Source: an uncultured virus (IMG/VR IMGVR_UViG_3300034101_006118)
Lineage: Duplodnaviria; Heunggongvirae; Uroviricota; Caudoviricetes
DNA: 57,878 nt
Direction: 5' to 3' (one strand)
Virus record (IMG/VR): IMGVR_UViG_3300034101_006118
Shown here: piece after piece, positions 8,624 to 18,656 of the stretch
Layout: each line of letters opens with the position of its first letter
Numbering within the stretch: position 1 is the first letter of the stretch
Notes under the pieces: model-generated
What the model was told of the DNA's origin: nothing
Seen by the model: the letters and a program-made list of their open reading frames with translations, nothing else
Databases searched by the model: none
Translations under genes and position numbers: made by a program

Positions 8624-9352
8624 ATGAGTACACACAATCCTCTTGAAGGCGACCGTCCTGAAATGACAGTCAAACTTCACGAAAACAGCGATGATCATGT
8701 TTCAATTATTGTCGTCCACAAAGATAGACCAGAATATTTGAACATTTGCCTTCAATCAATTGCTGTCACATCATTCAACAACAACTATGAAATAATTGTT
8801 GTTGATAACGGAAGCGGCAAGGAAAGTCAGGAATTTCTTAAAGATATTGAAGGCGAAGTGAAAGTTGTCAGAAATGACAAAAATTTATATTGGAGCGCAG
8901 CTTGTAACAAGGGAGTTCAAGCTGCCGATAAGAACAGCAAGTATTTTATTTTCATTCATTGTGATGTCGTGATACTCAACCCTGCATGGATCGATCTATT
9001 GATCAATGTTTCCGAGGCTCAAGGCTCCGGTTTTGTTGGAATTGATACCCAATCCTATATGATGGGACAACAGAAGGTTGATTTTCTTCAGGACCATTTG
9101 ACTCTTATCACAAGAGAAGCTTGGAATGATATTGGCCCTTGGCCAGAATCTCTTCCTCAGATAGGAACAACTTTTATTCTGACAATTAGGGCTCAACAAA
9201 AGGGCCATAAACCGCAAATCATGAAAAATCCAATCATTCATCACTATAAGATTTTCAGCATGGATATTTCTGATTATGAAAGAATGACAGAACAAGCAAT
9301 GACAACTTTGCCAAAACTCATGACGGATGTTTATTCCAAGGCAGTTGGATGA
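8624..9352 (+). CDS. glycosyltransferase family 2
   Basis: VSIIVVH, YEIIVVDNGS, SAACNKG, FIHCDV. Confidence 0.85.
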   Translation: MSTHNPLEGDRPEMTVKLHENSDDHVSIIVVHKDRPEYLNICLQSIAVTSFNNNYEIIVVDNGSGKESQEFLKDIEGEVKVVRNDKNLYWSAACNKGVQAADKNSKYFIFIHCDVVILNPAWIDLLINVSEAQGSGFVGIDTQSYMMGQQKVDFLQDHLTLITREAWNDIGPWPESLPQIGTTFILTIRAQQKGHKPQIMKNPIIHHYKIFSMDISDYERMTEQAMTTLPKLMTDVYSKAVG

Positions 9353-10011
9353 GACTAACAGTTAAAAATGATAGTTTTGCCGTTTTTGATAATGTCTTTG
9401 ATCAAGACTTCTATGACTCTTTTGTCAAATTTTTTTGCCAACTAGATTACGCAAAGAATTTAGGAAAACATGAAAAAGTTTGGAGATTGTGTGATGGTGA
9501 TCATTATGCAGGAGAATATTCTCTAACTAGAAAATTGCCATTCAACTCTCCACTTGACGCTCTTCATGAAAATGTGAAGTTCTTGGTTAAAGAGCATGTT
9601 TCACAAATAGTGGGAGAAGAAGGAAAAGATTGGGTCGAAATTTCTTACAGACCTTACATTTACCCACAAGGTTCAAGAATTTCATGGCATAATGATCTTG
9701 GTTATTCTGGAGCATGTATATTCTATTGTCACCAAGAATGGAACCCCAGTTGGGGAGGCGAGCTTATGGTGGCCAATGTGCCATCTAGAGAACTTGCCTG
9801 TATGAACCCCACCCCAGACTGCGAACTTAGTAGAAAACACATTAAACCTATTTTAGACTATTATGGTTTCGGCAATTATATTTCATGTCTTCCAAACAGA
9901 ATGGTATTTACAAAAGGTGATACATGGCACACTATCAACAGAGTTGATAAAGATGCTGGTGAAAACCTTAGATTTTCATTCGTCGCCTTTTTTTTGCAAA
10001 AAAAGAATTAA
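9349..10011 (+). CDS. 2OG-Fe(II) oxygenase (prolyl-4-hydroxylase-like)
   Basis: WHxD, WNPSWGGEL, PNRMV..WH, final RFS. Confidence 0.85.
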   Translation: MRLTVKNDSFAVFDNVFDQDFYDSFVKFFCQLDYAKNLGKHEKVWRLCDGDHYAGEYSLTRKLPFNSPLDALHENVKFLVKEHVSQIVGEEGKDWVEISYRPYIYPQGSRISWHNDLGYSGACIFYCHQEWNPSWGGELMVANVPSRELACMNPTPDCELSRKHIKPILDYYGFGNYISCLPNRMVFTKGDTWHTINRVDKDAGENLRFSFVAFFLQKKN

Positions 10012-10039
10012 TTATTGAACAATCATTCGGGAATGAAAT

Positions 10040-10789
10040 ATGGCCAAGGTAATAGATTGTTTTACATTCTATAATGAATTCAAGATTCTTGATTTAAGAC
10101 TCGCTGAACTAAAAGATGTAGTAGATCATTTTATTTTAGTGGAAGCTACCAAAACTCACTCTGGCGAAAATAAAAGATTGTATTTTGATGAATTAAAAAG
10201 CCAATATGAAGAATATCCAATAATTCATGTTGTAGTTGATGATATGCCAGAAAAAACCGATTCTTGGGTTAGAGAAAACCACCAAAGGCGTTCTATTATA
10301 AAAGGCCTAAAAGACATAATTCTCGATGATCAAGATATTTTAATTTTAACAGATGTTGATGAAATACCTGATCCAGAAACAGTAAAAATTATAGCAAAAC
10401 AAGGATTGGCAGATTGCGTTGCTTTGGAGATGGATTTGTATTATTACAATCTTCACTGCAAATGGCAAATCAAATGGACTCATTCAAAAATATTTACTTA
10501 TTCTAAATTCAAGGAAGTTGGTGATTTTCAGGCAATGAGATTTTATCCTTGCAGAGTATGCATTCCAAAAGGAGGTTGGCATTTTAGTTATTTTGGAGAT
10601 ATTGATTTTATAATCAATAAGATTCAGTCTTTTGCTCATCAAGAATTTAACAAAGAAGAATATAAAAATCGTGAAAAAATTCAGAAATGCATAGATGAAA
10701 AAACAAGCCTTTATGAAAATGTGCAAAATATTGACATAGAACCACATAAAAATGATTATCTGCCAAAAAATTGGAAAATATTGGCTTGA
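10040..10789 (+). CDS. glycosyltransferase family 17 (MGAT3-like GlcNAc transferase)
   Basis: IDCFTFYNE, VDHFILVEA..THSG, DVDEIP, GGWHFSYFG, KIQSFAHQE. Confidence 0.88.
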   Translation: MAKVIDCFTFYNEFKILDLRLAELKDVVDHFILVEATKTHSGENKRLYFDELKSQYEEYPIIHVVVDDMPEKTDSWVRENHQRRSIIKGLKDIILDDQDILILTDVDEIPDPETVKIIAKQGLADCVALEMDLYYYNLHCKWQIKWTHSKIFTYSKFKEVGDFQAMRFYPCRVCIPKGGWHFSYFGDIDFIINKIQSFAHQEFNKEEYKNREKIQKCIDEKTSLYENVQNIDIEPHKNDYLPKNWKILA

Positions 10790-10790
10790 T

Positions 10791-11252
10791 TTAGATTTTC
10801 TTGATGAATTTATTCCATTCGTCATTGACCCAAATGATTGGCGGATGATTGCTATAGTAAGCAGCATAGCTCATGCAGAATATTTCCTCATCATCTTGTC
10901 TTATTGCTTCTTTTTGGGATTTTTTTTGAAACTTGTCTATTTGTTTTTGTTTTGTTCTTTTAATTATTTCACGCCATTCTTTTTTTAGTTCATCTGTAAC
11001 TAGATGCTCCCATATTAAATGAGCAATTTCGTGAAGTGTCGTGAATCCACGACCATAATTCCAAGGCGCTGCTATTACTATTTTGTTTTTATGAATGTAA
11101 CCAATGTGATCGTTATCGCCATCTAAGGTATTGCCTTTGGTGTACTTGAATTTATATCCGTCAAAAAGTTTTCTATGAGATTTCGGCAATGAAGCCAAAA
11201 GTTCTTCAACATTTTTCTTCTCTTCGGATTCTAAAAAAAATCTAAAATTCAT
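10791..11252 (-). CDS. HExxH zinc metallopeptidase-like protein
   Basis: TLHEIAH plus downstream EEIFC..YA. Confidence 0.65.
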   Translation of the reverse strand: MNFRFFLESEEKKNVEELLASLPKSHRKLFDGYKFKYTKGNTLDGDNDHIGYIHKNKIVIAAPWNYGRGFTTLHEIAHLIWEHLVTDELKKEWREIIKRTKQKQIDKFQKKSQKEAIRQDDEEIFCMSYAAYYSNHPPIIWVNDEWNKFIKKI

Positions 11253-11314
11253 CCTTGTTTCTCCTAAAAACTATCTAGTTGAAAATGACTTAAATTAGAA
11301 TATTGTTCAAAAAG

Positions 11315-11322
11315 TATAAATA
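11315..11322 (+). promoter_or_regulatory. T4-like late promoter TATAAATA
   Basis: Exact T4 late consensus before a structural-type gene. Confidence 0.45.
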
Positions 11323-11352
11323 AAATATCATTTGTGGGAGCGCAATTAAATT

Positions 11353-12936
11353 GTGTTGAATATTATGAACCAGCAATCTCTTATCAATTTTCCAAATGGC
11401 CTTCCAAACAATGGCCTTCCACTTCCTGTTGGAATTGTTTCTGGAAACATTTCTGTTTCATCAGGCAATATTTCACTCTACACAGCAAGCGGCGCTGTAA
11501 GCCAAGGAAATCCACTCCCTGTTGATATTGGCGGCGGTACAGTTAACATCAATGTTAATTCAGGCACAAATCTTAATGTTTCTGTTACATCAGGTCTGTT
11601 TGCAATTTTATCAGGTAGGGTAAGCGTTTCATCTGGTAACACTTCGATTTACACAGCAAGTGGCACAGTTAGTCAATTAAATCCATTCCCTGTTTCAATT
11701 TCATCAGGAGCATTTTCTAACAATACTATTCCAGTTAGTTTTGCAGCAGGAACCACAGATGCATTTGGAAGACTTAGGGTAAGTAATCCCTTCACCGTTT
11801 TTGACAGTCAGCATCGTTATCAGATCAATGACAAATGGAATTATGTCACAAGTGGAGGCGGTTCAACTGTTTATGACACCAATGGCAGTCTTGTCAATTT
11901 GAATACTAACTTGGCATCAGGATCTCAAGTAATTGCTGAAACCAAAAGAGTAATGCCTTATCAGCCCGGTAAATCACTTCTTATTTATAGCACATTTACG
12001 ATGTCATCTGCACAAGAAAGCTTGAGACAAAGAATAGGTTATTTTGGCGAACAGAATGGAATTTATTTTGAATTAGATGGGGAATCAGTAAATTTTGTGA
12101 AAAGAAGTTATGTATCTGGTTCTGTTGTCGAAACAAAAGCAACAAGAAATGGGATTTCAGACTGGAATATAGACAACTTGGATGGAACTGGACCTAGTGG
12201 CTACAACTTGTCAAATTACAGCAGTTCTTTGATTTTATATATTGAAATAGAATGGCTTGGAGTTGGTGATGTTCGTGTTGGTTTTGTATTTAATAACACA
12301 TATGTACCATGTCATTCTTTTAAGCATACTCCTGTTGGTGGAAGTCCTATAAGCGGAACATATATGACAACCGCTTGTTTGCCATTAAGGGCTGAAATTA
12401 CAAATAAAGGACCAATTGCTAATTCTGGTAATCTAAAACAAATTTGCAATAGTGTTATTTCAGAAGGTGGATACGAAGGATTTAGCAGAAGATATAATGT
12501 AGATTTAGGAACAACCCCTAAAAATCTTGCAAATGATGATGAGTTATATCCAATTATTTCTTTGCGTCTCGCTTCAGGAAGATTAGATTCAATTATTGTT
12601 CCTTCAAATTTGAATGCAATTGTGACAAGCAATCAAGATGTTCAATATAGAATTATTTTGGACGGCACCACTAGTGGCGCAGTTTGGACTACACATTATA
12701 ATGGCAATGTTCAATATGATACTTCAGCTACATCATTGGCAAGTGGAAGTGGAACAAATGTCATTGGCGGATATATCAACAAGCAAGGATATATTGATAT
12801 TACCAGCCTGAATCAATTTAACTTTCAAATAGGAAGATTACTAGATGGAACAAGTCAAGTGTTGACAATTGCTATGGCTCCTACATCAGCAAACACGAAA
12901 GTTTTAGCTGATTTATCATGGTTTGAAATTATTTGA
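11353..12936 (+). CDS. probable virion structural protein
   Basis: TDAFGRLRVSNPFTxFDSQHRY, YQPGKS, EWLGVGxVR motifs seen in large-phage structural proteins; N-terminal SSG/NPLPV repeats. Confidence 0.7.
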   Translation: MLNIMNQQSLINFPNGLPNNGLPLPVGIVSGNISVSSGNISLYTASGAVSQGNPLPVDIGGGTVNINVNSGTNLNVSVTSGLFAILSGRVSVSSGNTSIYTASGTVSQLNPFPVSISSGAFSNNTIPVSFAAGTTDAFGRLRVSNPFTVFDSQHRYQINDKWNYVTSGGGSTVYDTNGSLVNLNTNLASGSQVIAETKRVMPYQPGKSLLIYSTFTMSSAQESLRQRIGYFGEQNGIYFELDGESVNFVKRSYVSGSVVETKATRNGISDWNIDNLDGTGPSGYNLSNYSSSLILYIEIEWLGVGDVRVGFVFNNTYVPCHSFKHTPVGGSPISGTYMTTACLPLRAEITNKGPIANSGNLKQICNSVISEGGYEGFSRRYNVDLGTTPKNLANDDELYPIISLRLASGRLDSIIVPSNLNAIVTSNQDVQYRIILDGTTSGAVWTTHYNGNVQYDTSATSLASGSGTNVIGGYINKQGYIDITSLNQFNFQIGRLLDGTSQVLTIAMAPTSANTKVLADLSWFEII

Positions 12937-12948
12937 TAATTTGGTAAA

Positions 12949-12982
12949 AAAACCACTCAAATAAAAATATTTGAGTGGTTTT
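12949..12982. terminator. bidirectional intrinsic terminator
   Basis: AAAACCACTCAAATA / TATTTGAGTGGTTTT inverted repeat between convergent genes. Confidence 0.8.
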
Positions 12983-13001
12983 ACTGTAAAAATAAATTTT
13001 T

Positions 13002-13952
13002 TTAGGCTATTACAGATGTGTCAACACTCTTCCATGCACCGCCAACATAGACCTCTATGTTGCTTGTGGCTGTGTTGTAGCAAATCATACCGTTGGTTGC
13101 AGTGCCAGCAGCAGCATCTCTTGCGGTAGCATTAGCATAGACTGGCATGACTGGCATACTTTGGATATAAATGTGACCATTTCTACCAGCACCAGAATTA
13201 GTGCCACAAGAAAGAAACATATCACCAGCACGATCTGTGCCAACACTATTACCAGTAGTAATTTCGATATCGCCACCACGACCATCTACTGTACCAACGC
13301 CAGCTTCGATAAAGATGTCTCCGCCATTCACATCCATAGTAGCGGTTGAATTACCAGCATATATGCCTATGTCGCCTGCTTCTGGATCAGTTTCGCCGCT
13401 GCTGCCATCTCCATTACCGCTATCGCCAGCACGAATAGTTACACCACCAGCTTGACCATCATCGCCAGCATCGCCAGCTTCTAATAAAATACTACCACCA
13501 TCGCTGTCGCCAATGCCAGTAGATGCACTACCGCCATAGATATTTACATCGCCAGCATCGCTATTGTTTGCGCTGTCAGCATTGCCACCTCTAATCGTTA
13601 CACTTCCAGCGTCTGCATCTGGGCCATCTCCAGTATTGCCAGCTTCGATGTTGATGTTTCCGCCATTTCCGTCTCCATTTGCATTACCAGCATAAATATT
13701 TACATTGCCACCATCAGCATCAGTATTATCATCAGCACTTGGGTATCCTGCTCCAGTTTCGATTGTAATGTTTGCTGCATCAACGGAATTTACTGTTCCG
13801 TTTGCGGTAGAAATAATTATTTCCCTATTCAAATTTTCAAAAATTTGACTGACATCGACCAAGTTTTCTTGTTTTACAACATCATTCACGATTTTTGGAA
13901 TGATGTCTACTGCCGATCCCGGTCCTGTGCCCTCAGTTGTTTGTGCGCCCAT
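13002..13952 (-). CDS. Gly-rich repeat tail fibre/spike-like protein
   Basis: About 9 GG[N/D]xxIxAG repeats; C-terminal TARDA..GMICYNT..EVYxGGAW. Confidence 0.7.
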   Translation of the reverse strand: MGAQTTEGTGPGSAVDIIPKIVNDVVKQENLVDVSQIFENLNREIIISTANGTVNSVDAANITIETGAGYPSADDNTDADGGNVNIYAGNANGDGNGGNINIEAGNTGDGPDADAGSVTIRGGNADSANNSDAGDVNIYGGSASTGIGDSDGGSILLEAGDAGDDGQAGGVTIRAGDSGNGDGSSGETDPEAGDIGIYAGNSTATMDVNGGDIFIEAGVGTVDGRGGDIEITTGNSVGTDRAGDMFLSCGTNSGAGRNGHIYIQSMPVMPVYANATARDAAAGTATNGMICYNTATSNIEVYVGGAWKSVDTSVIA

Positions 13953-14034
13953 GTTTTCTCCTCAATAAAATAAAACTATTGTCTTTATATTTATTATTTT
14001 GAAAAAATAAATTATAAGACATCTAAATAAAATC

Positions 14035-14766
14035 ATGGCAAAACCAAGAAAAAAACCTGTCAAGACAGAAAAACAACCTCAAAACAATCAACACGCAAGT
14101 GTTAAAAAACAACAATTTCATGTTGAGTTTTTGAATGCTGCTCAAAAATTAGCTTGGTCGGCATTTGACCAACATGATATTTTGTTTTTATTGGGTGCAG
14201 CAGGCACGGGGAAATCGCACCTCGGTTGCGCTTTTGCAATTAGTGAAGTTTTAGCAAAAAGAAAAGAAAAAATTGTTATCACAAGACCAACTATTGAAGC
14301 TGGGGGAAGAGGTCTTGGGTTCCTTCCCGGCGATGCCGATGCTAAATTAACTCCTTATATGCTTCCTCTTTTTGATTGCATGGATATGTGTTTGGGAACA
14401 TTTTCCCCTCAGCGTGAAGCAATTGCGAAGAGCGTGGAAATTGCACCTTTACAGTTCATGAGAGGCAGAACATTTCATAATTCTGTTTGCATTCTTGATG
14501 AAGCTCAGAACTGTAATTATGGCGAAATTAAATTATTTTTGACAAGATTCGGAAAGAACAGCAAAGTAATTATCACAGGCGACCCTCTGCAAAGCGACTT
14601 GCCTTGGAAAGATAGAGCTTTGATGAATGTTGTTGAAAAGTTGTCTGGTCTTAAGGGTGTTGGTGTCATTCAATTCAAACCTAGTTCAATTGTTCGCCAT
14701 CCATTGATTGCTGGTATTCTTGAAAGGTTGGAGGATAAGGAGGAGAATGGCTCTAGTAGTACCTGA
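14035..14766 (+). CDS. phoH: PhoH family ATPase
   Basis: GAAGTGKS, ITRP, LGFLPG, FMRGRTF, LDEAQN, TGDPxQSD, VRHPL. Confidence 0.95.
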   Translation: MAKPRKKPVKTEKQPQNNQHASVKKQQFHVEFLNAAQKLAWSAFDQHDILFLLGAAGTGKSHLGCAFAISEVLAKRKEKIVITRPTIEAGGRGLGFLPGDADAKLTPYMLPLFDCMDMCLGTFSPQREAIAKSVEIAPLQFMRGRTFHNSVCILDEAQNCNYGEIKLFLTRFGKNSKVIITGDPLQSDLPWKDRALMNVVEKLSGLKGVGVIQFKPSSIVRHPLIAGILERLEDKEENGSSST

Positions 14767-15157
14767 TCTTGGTGAAATTGAACTTCTGACCAAGTTGCTC
14801 ATTAACACAACTGACACAGAAGACTATATTGTAAGATTGTATCAGAATAATTATAGCCCAAGCAATACCACCGTTGTTGGTGATTTTACCGAAGCCAACT
14901 TTACCAATTACACAGCTAAAACTATTGCAAGAAGTGATTGGGCATCTCCTTCAACTTTTGCCACCAAAGCCGAATCGAGTGTTACTGCTCAATCTTGGAC
15001 TTGTGGCATTACTGGTAATACATTATATGGATATTATGTAATTGGCTCGACATCGGGAGTATGTTTGTGGGCAGAACAATTCGCTGCTTCTAGGATTTTA
15101 GTTGACGGAGACATTCTTAATCTTACTCCAAAATTTACTCTTTCAAGCGCAAACTAA
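14747..15157 (+). CDS. probable virion structural protein
   Basis: AGGAGGAG SD; RLYxNN..P, TEAxFxxY, YGYYV, WAEQF pattern. Confidence 0.6.
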   Translation: MALVVPDLGEIELLTKLLINTTDTEDYIVRLYQNNYSPSNTTVVGDFTEANFTNYTAKTIARSDWASPSTFATKAESSVTAQSWTCGITGNTLYGYYVIGSTSGVCLWAEQFAASRILVDGDILNLTPKFTLSSAN

Positions 15158-15188
15158 TTCTTTTGCTGTTGCGTGGTAAATAATTTAT

Positions 15189-16586
15189 ATGACCGTATAC
15201 AATGACACCATGAATGACGGTGTGGAGATAAATGGCTCCGCATTAGTAATAGCAAAAGTCAATGTTGACATTGATTTTTATTGGTCAGTAAACAATACAA
15301 TAGAAGTTGATTTAAGTTTTGAGTGGTCAATTGGAGAAATACCTCTTTACTGGTATGTGATTGAAGGATATTTGAATCCTCCAGATGCCACTCAAGCTTT
15401 GGCGATAACAGTTCCAGAAAAACAAAACTTCATTCAAACAATACTTGCAAGAACTCCGAAGGAAGTTTGTGAGTATTTTGAAAGAGAAAAGTTACCTTGG
15501 CAAATTGTCAATATAAAGCGTTATAGACAGCCAGCAGACATTTATCTTAATGATCCAAATGTTTACACTAATGTTCTTGATCTTTTGAATTTTCAATGTC
15601 CTCAATTTTTAGTAAGCACAAATGCTATTACTTACATAGGAATGTCCGCCTCTGCCATTCCGGTTATTGCAAATTATATTGGAAGCGGAATTGCTAGTTT
15701 TTCTGGTAGCGCCTCAGCCTCTATTACATCTGGCGGCACAACTCCGACATCATCTTCATTTTCATATGCGAGTACAGGTTTAGTTATTACAACAGGTGGA
15801 TATGGATTATACGATTCATCTTTGCAGTTTGATTATTTGACTTATGCCGGAATAACCACTTATTTGGAACAAGAGGTTCTGTTCGGGTTGGGTTCAAGCA
15901 CTGCGACTATTGTCCCAGCAGCCAACACTATCGCAACTGCATGTGGTGCGTGTACGGCATTTCCTTCTGAGCTTTATTTGCAAACAAACTTAGAAAATTC
16001 AAACATTTTCTCTAAATTTCTGCAAAGAAATAATTTAGAGTTTAGCAAAGTCATGTCAATTTTTTATAATAGGCGTTTGGAGTCTTGGCTGGCTTTTCAA
16101 CATTTTGTTGGACTTTCTGATGACAACACCACTGATGAAACATGGAGGTTTCAATTTGAGTGGAGTTGCACAACTAATTTCGGTGACTCGACTGGATTTC
16201 CAATGCTTAAGTTTTCCATGCTTGTTACAAGGAAAAATTTGGAAACAGGACTTAGTATGGATACAAGATTAGCAATTATTTTTACAACAGATTCAGTTTG
16301 TTCTGCAATCAGAAATTTCAAACAAGATTTATTATTTGATTTGAACACTAAAACTAAATATGTCACAAGCATAATAGGAGTTGTGGCCAGCAATGTTTTA
16401 TTGTCTGATAAAATAGGAATATTCGGTTCAACATATTGGCAATCAAAACCAACTTTAAGCGTCAGAATTTCAAGTCAAAACACAACTATTACTACAGAAA
16501 TGCAAGATATTTCTTTCATAGTTCCTCAGAATCCATCTGTATTTCAAGATCAGACTCTTTTCCAGAGATCGGATACTAATGTATAA
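15189..16586 (+). CDS. hypothetical protein, probably structural
   Basis: Ser/Thr/Gly-rich long ORF; TAAATA at 15177. Confidence 0.65.
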   Translation: MTVYNDTMNDGVEINGSALVIAKVNVDIDFYWSVNNTIEVDLSFEWSIGEIPLYWYVIEGYLNPPDATQALAITVPEKQNFIQTILARTPKEVCEYFEREKLPWQIVNIKRYRQPADIYLNDPNVYTNVLDLLNFQCPQFLVSTNAITYIGMSASAIPVIANYIGSGIASFSGSASASITSGGTTPTSSSFSYASTGLVITTGGYGLYDSSLQFDYLTYAGITTYLEQEVLFGLGSSTATIVPAANTIATACGACTAFPSELYLQTNLENSNIFSKFLQRNNLEFSKVMSIFYNRRLESWLAFQHFVGLSDDNTTDETWRFQFEWSCTTNFGDSTGFPMLKFSMLVTRKNLETGLSMDTRLAIIFTTDSVCSAIRNFKQDLLFDLNTKTKYVTSIIGVVASNVLLSDKIGIFGSTYWQSKPTLSVRISSQNTTITTEMQDISFIVPQNPSVFQDQTLFQRSDTNV

Positions 16587-16593
16587 TTGAATT

Positions 16594-16899
16594 ATGGAAA
16601 ACATTCTTTTGAGCATTGTGATCTTTTTATTGATTGTTAATTTGACACTTTATTTTTTCCTTTCCGTTTACATTGTCAGAATGAATAACAGGTTTGATTC
16701 TTTGATATCAGAACTTATACAGTTGATATCATTAAATGATTCGGAGCCTGTTGTTCCTCCTGATCCTGCCAGCAAGCCTAAAACTTGGGATGAGAAATAC
16801 GAGATGGAAATTGAAATGATGACAAGAAGAATGAGGCAAGATTCTGGTCTTGCTGACATACCAACTGTTAGAAGTTACGATTTGTCATCGGAAAATTAA
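16594..16899 (+). CDS. membrane-anchored hypothetical protein
   Basis: N-terminal TM helix. Confidence 0.65.
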   Translation: MENILLSIVIFLLIVNLTLYFFLSVYIVRMNNRFDSLISELIQLISLNDSEPVVPPDPASKPKTWDEKYEMEIEMMTRRMRQDSGLADIPTVRSYDLSSEN

Positions 16900-16974
16900 A
16901 TTGAAAAAAACTTTGTTGCTTATTTTGCAAAAATTTGGTAAAAGGTGATGAGGCGTTAGTTTTTACGAATTGGC

Positions 16975-16991
16975 TCGTCACTAGGTGACGC
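16975..16991 (+). promoter_or_regulatory. conserved leader hairpin copy 3 (TCGTCA-CTAGG-TGACGC)
   Basis: Directly abuts ATG 16992. Confidence 0.6.
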
Positions 16992-17993
16992 ATGGAAACA
17001 CTCAAAATTAAGTATGTCAATTTTTCTAGCATGAGGAGATTCGGCGTTGAAATAGAAGTTGGCCATGAAGTGAAGAAGAAAGATGTTCACTTGGCAATAA
17101 AGTCTTCTTCTCAACACGATGTCTATACAAGCCGATATGGATTGTCGAGCAATAACAGGTATTGGCATGTAAAAGATGATGCTACTTGTGGAATCAAGGG
17201 AAGAAAAGGCCCCAAGGGTGTCGAGATAGCTTCTTTTGTAGGACACGGAAATCAAGACATCGATCATATTTCGCAAATTGCTGGAATTCTTTCTCAAATA
17301 GGATGCAAAACGAATGATAATTGCGGTCTTCACATTCATGCCGAGGCTGTTGATTTTACGATAGAGCAATGCAGTATATTGGTTGCTTACTGGGTTAAGA
17401 TAGAAAAAATTCTCAGTATGGCTTTGCCAATTAGAAGAAATAGAAGCGAATATTGCAAATTCACTTTTCCTCATGATGCTTCTTTTGATTTCAAATTGTG
17501 CAGAGAGACAAAATATTCAGCCGATTTGTTTTGGCAAATAATTTCTCCCAAGAATTTGGGTTTTTTTGATAATGAAGACAGAAGGTTCAATTTGAATCTT
17601 GTTAATTTTGTTCGATCAATTAGAGATCAGAATTTACATAGAAAAACAATTGAGCTTAGATGGCCTGAAGGTTCTCTTGATCCAATAGACATTAGTTGTT
17701 GGACTAGGTTGTTTTTGTCATTTGTTGAAAATTGCAAGTTTATGATCATGCCAAATAATTTGGAGGATCTTTCTTTGCAGCAAACATTGTGTTGTTTTGG
17801 TCTTGAAAATTTACAATCATTTACGATTTTCAGTAGGAATATGCATGAAACTAAGACTTGGTTTCTTGAAAGGATAATCAAGCATGAATCGGATTCTGTT
17901 GAATTTTACAATGATGAAAAAATTCGCAATACGGTAATAGAAGCTAAAGAAATACTGAATAAAATGTGGTCGCCCTTGAGGAGATATGCTTGA
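16992..17993 (+). CDS. putative amidoligase (COOH-NH2 ligase, Amidoligase_2-like)
   Basis: FGVEIE, WxVKxDxT, EIAS, CGLHIH, LN..TIELR. Confidence 0.85.
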   Translation: METLKIKYVNFSSMRRFGVEIEVGHEVKKKDVHLAIKSSSQHDVYTSRYGLSSNNRYWHVKDDATCGIKGRKGPKGVEIASFVGHGNQDIDHISQIAGILSQIGCKTNDNCGLHIHAEAVDFTIEQCSILVAYWVKIEKILSMALPIRRNRSEYCKFTFPHDASFDFKLCRETKYSADLFWQIISPKNLGFFDNEDRRFNLNLVNFVRSIRDQNLHRKTIELRWPEGSLDPIDISCWTRLFLSFVENCKFMIMPNNLEDLSLQQTLCCFGLENLQSFTIFSRNMHETKTWFLERIIKHESDSVEFYNDEKIRNTVIEAKEILNKMWSPLRRYA

Positions 17994-18018
17994 TTTTTAC
18001 TCATGGTCGATATATAAT
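17990..18018 (+). promoter_or_regulatory. sigma70-like promoter
   Basis: TTGATT-17bp-TATAAT. Confidence 0.6.
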
Positions 18019-18086
18019 CTTGATTAGAGCCTTTCTTCAAAAAAGGCGCAACTAACTGCTAACTTTCAAAACTTTCAAGGATTACT

Positions 18087-18629
18087 ATGACTAAACATGA
18101 AATTAACGAACTTATTGTTCGTCACATTGATTTCTCTGAAAAAATAGCGAGATTGAATTGTAAAAAATATCCCGCAATAAGTTTTGACGAGCTTGTTTCT
18201 GCTGCTTACATGGGACTTGTAATTGCAGCAAATAAGTACAAATTAAATAGAAAAACTAAATTTACTACTTATGCATATTTGAAAATTAATTTTTCTATCA
18301 GGATTTACGCCAAAGAAAACTATCCTTCTAGATCTAGAGTGAAGCCTTTTTTACACGAACAAATAGACAGATCGATGATGGAAAGTATTCCTTGTAAAAA
18401 TAAAAATTCAGATGAAAGCGAGATAGTCGAGGCTTTGACTCAGGGCTTGAATCAAAAAGAAAAAGAGATTTTTCTGGATTACTATCTTAATGGCAAAAGA
18501 CTATCAGAAATAGCTGTCGAAAAAATGGTTGATAAATCAAGGATATCTCGAATATTTGAGGATATAAATAAAAAGCTTGCATTAAAATGGGAATACAGGA
18601 AATTTGAATTATATTCTATGATATCCTAA
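18087..18629 (+). CDS. RNA polymerase sigma-70 family factor (small, regions 2+4)
   Basis: DELVSAAYMGLxxAAxKY, FTTYA, C-terminal HTH LSEIA..SRISR. Confidence 0.85.
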   Translation: MTKHEINELIVRHIDFSEKIARLNCKKYPAISFDELVSAAYMGLVIAANKYKLNRKTKFTTYAYLKINFSIRIYAKENYPSRSRVKPFLHEQIDRSMMESIPCKNKNSDESEIVEALTQGLNQKEKEIFLDYYLNGKRLSEIAVEKMVDKSRISRIFEDINKKLALKWEYRKFELYSMIS

Positions 18630-18656
18630 ATAAAGTGAACCCATGATTGGTGAAAT

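Noticed and set aside
16956..17474. 172-aa antisense ORF and the many other short antisense ORFs in the track
   Set aside because: They overlap well-supported genes on the other strand and have no motifs; shadow ORFs
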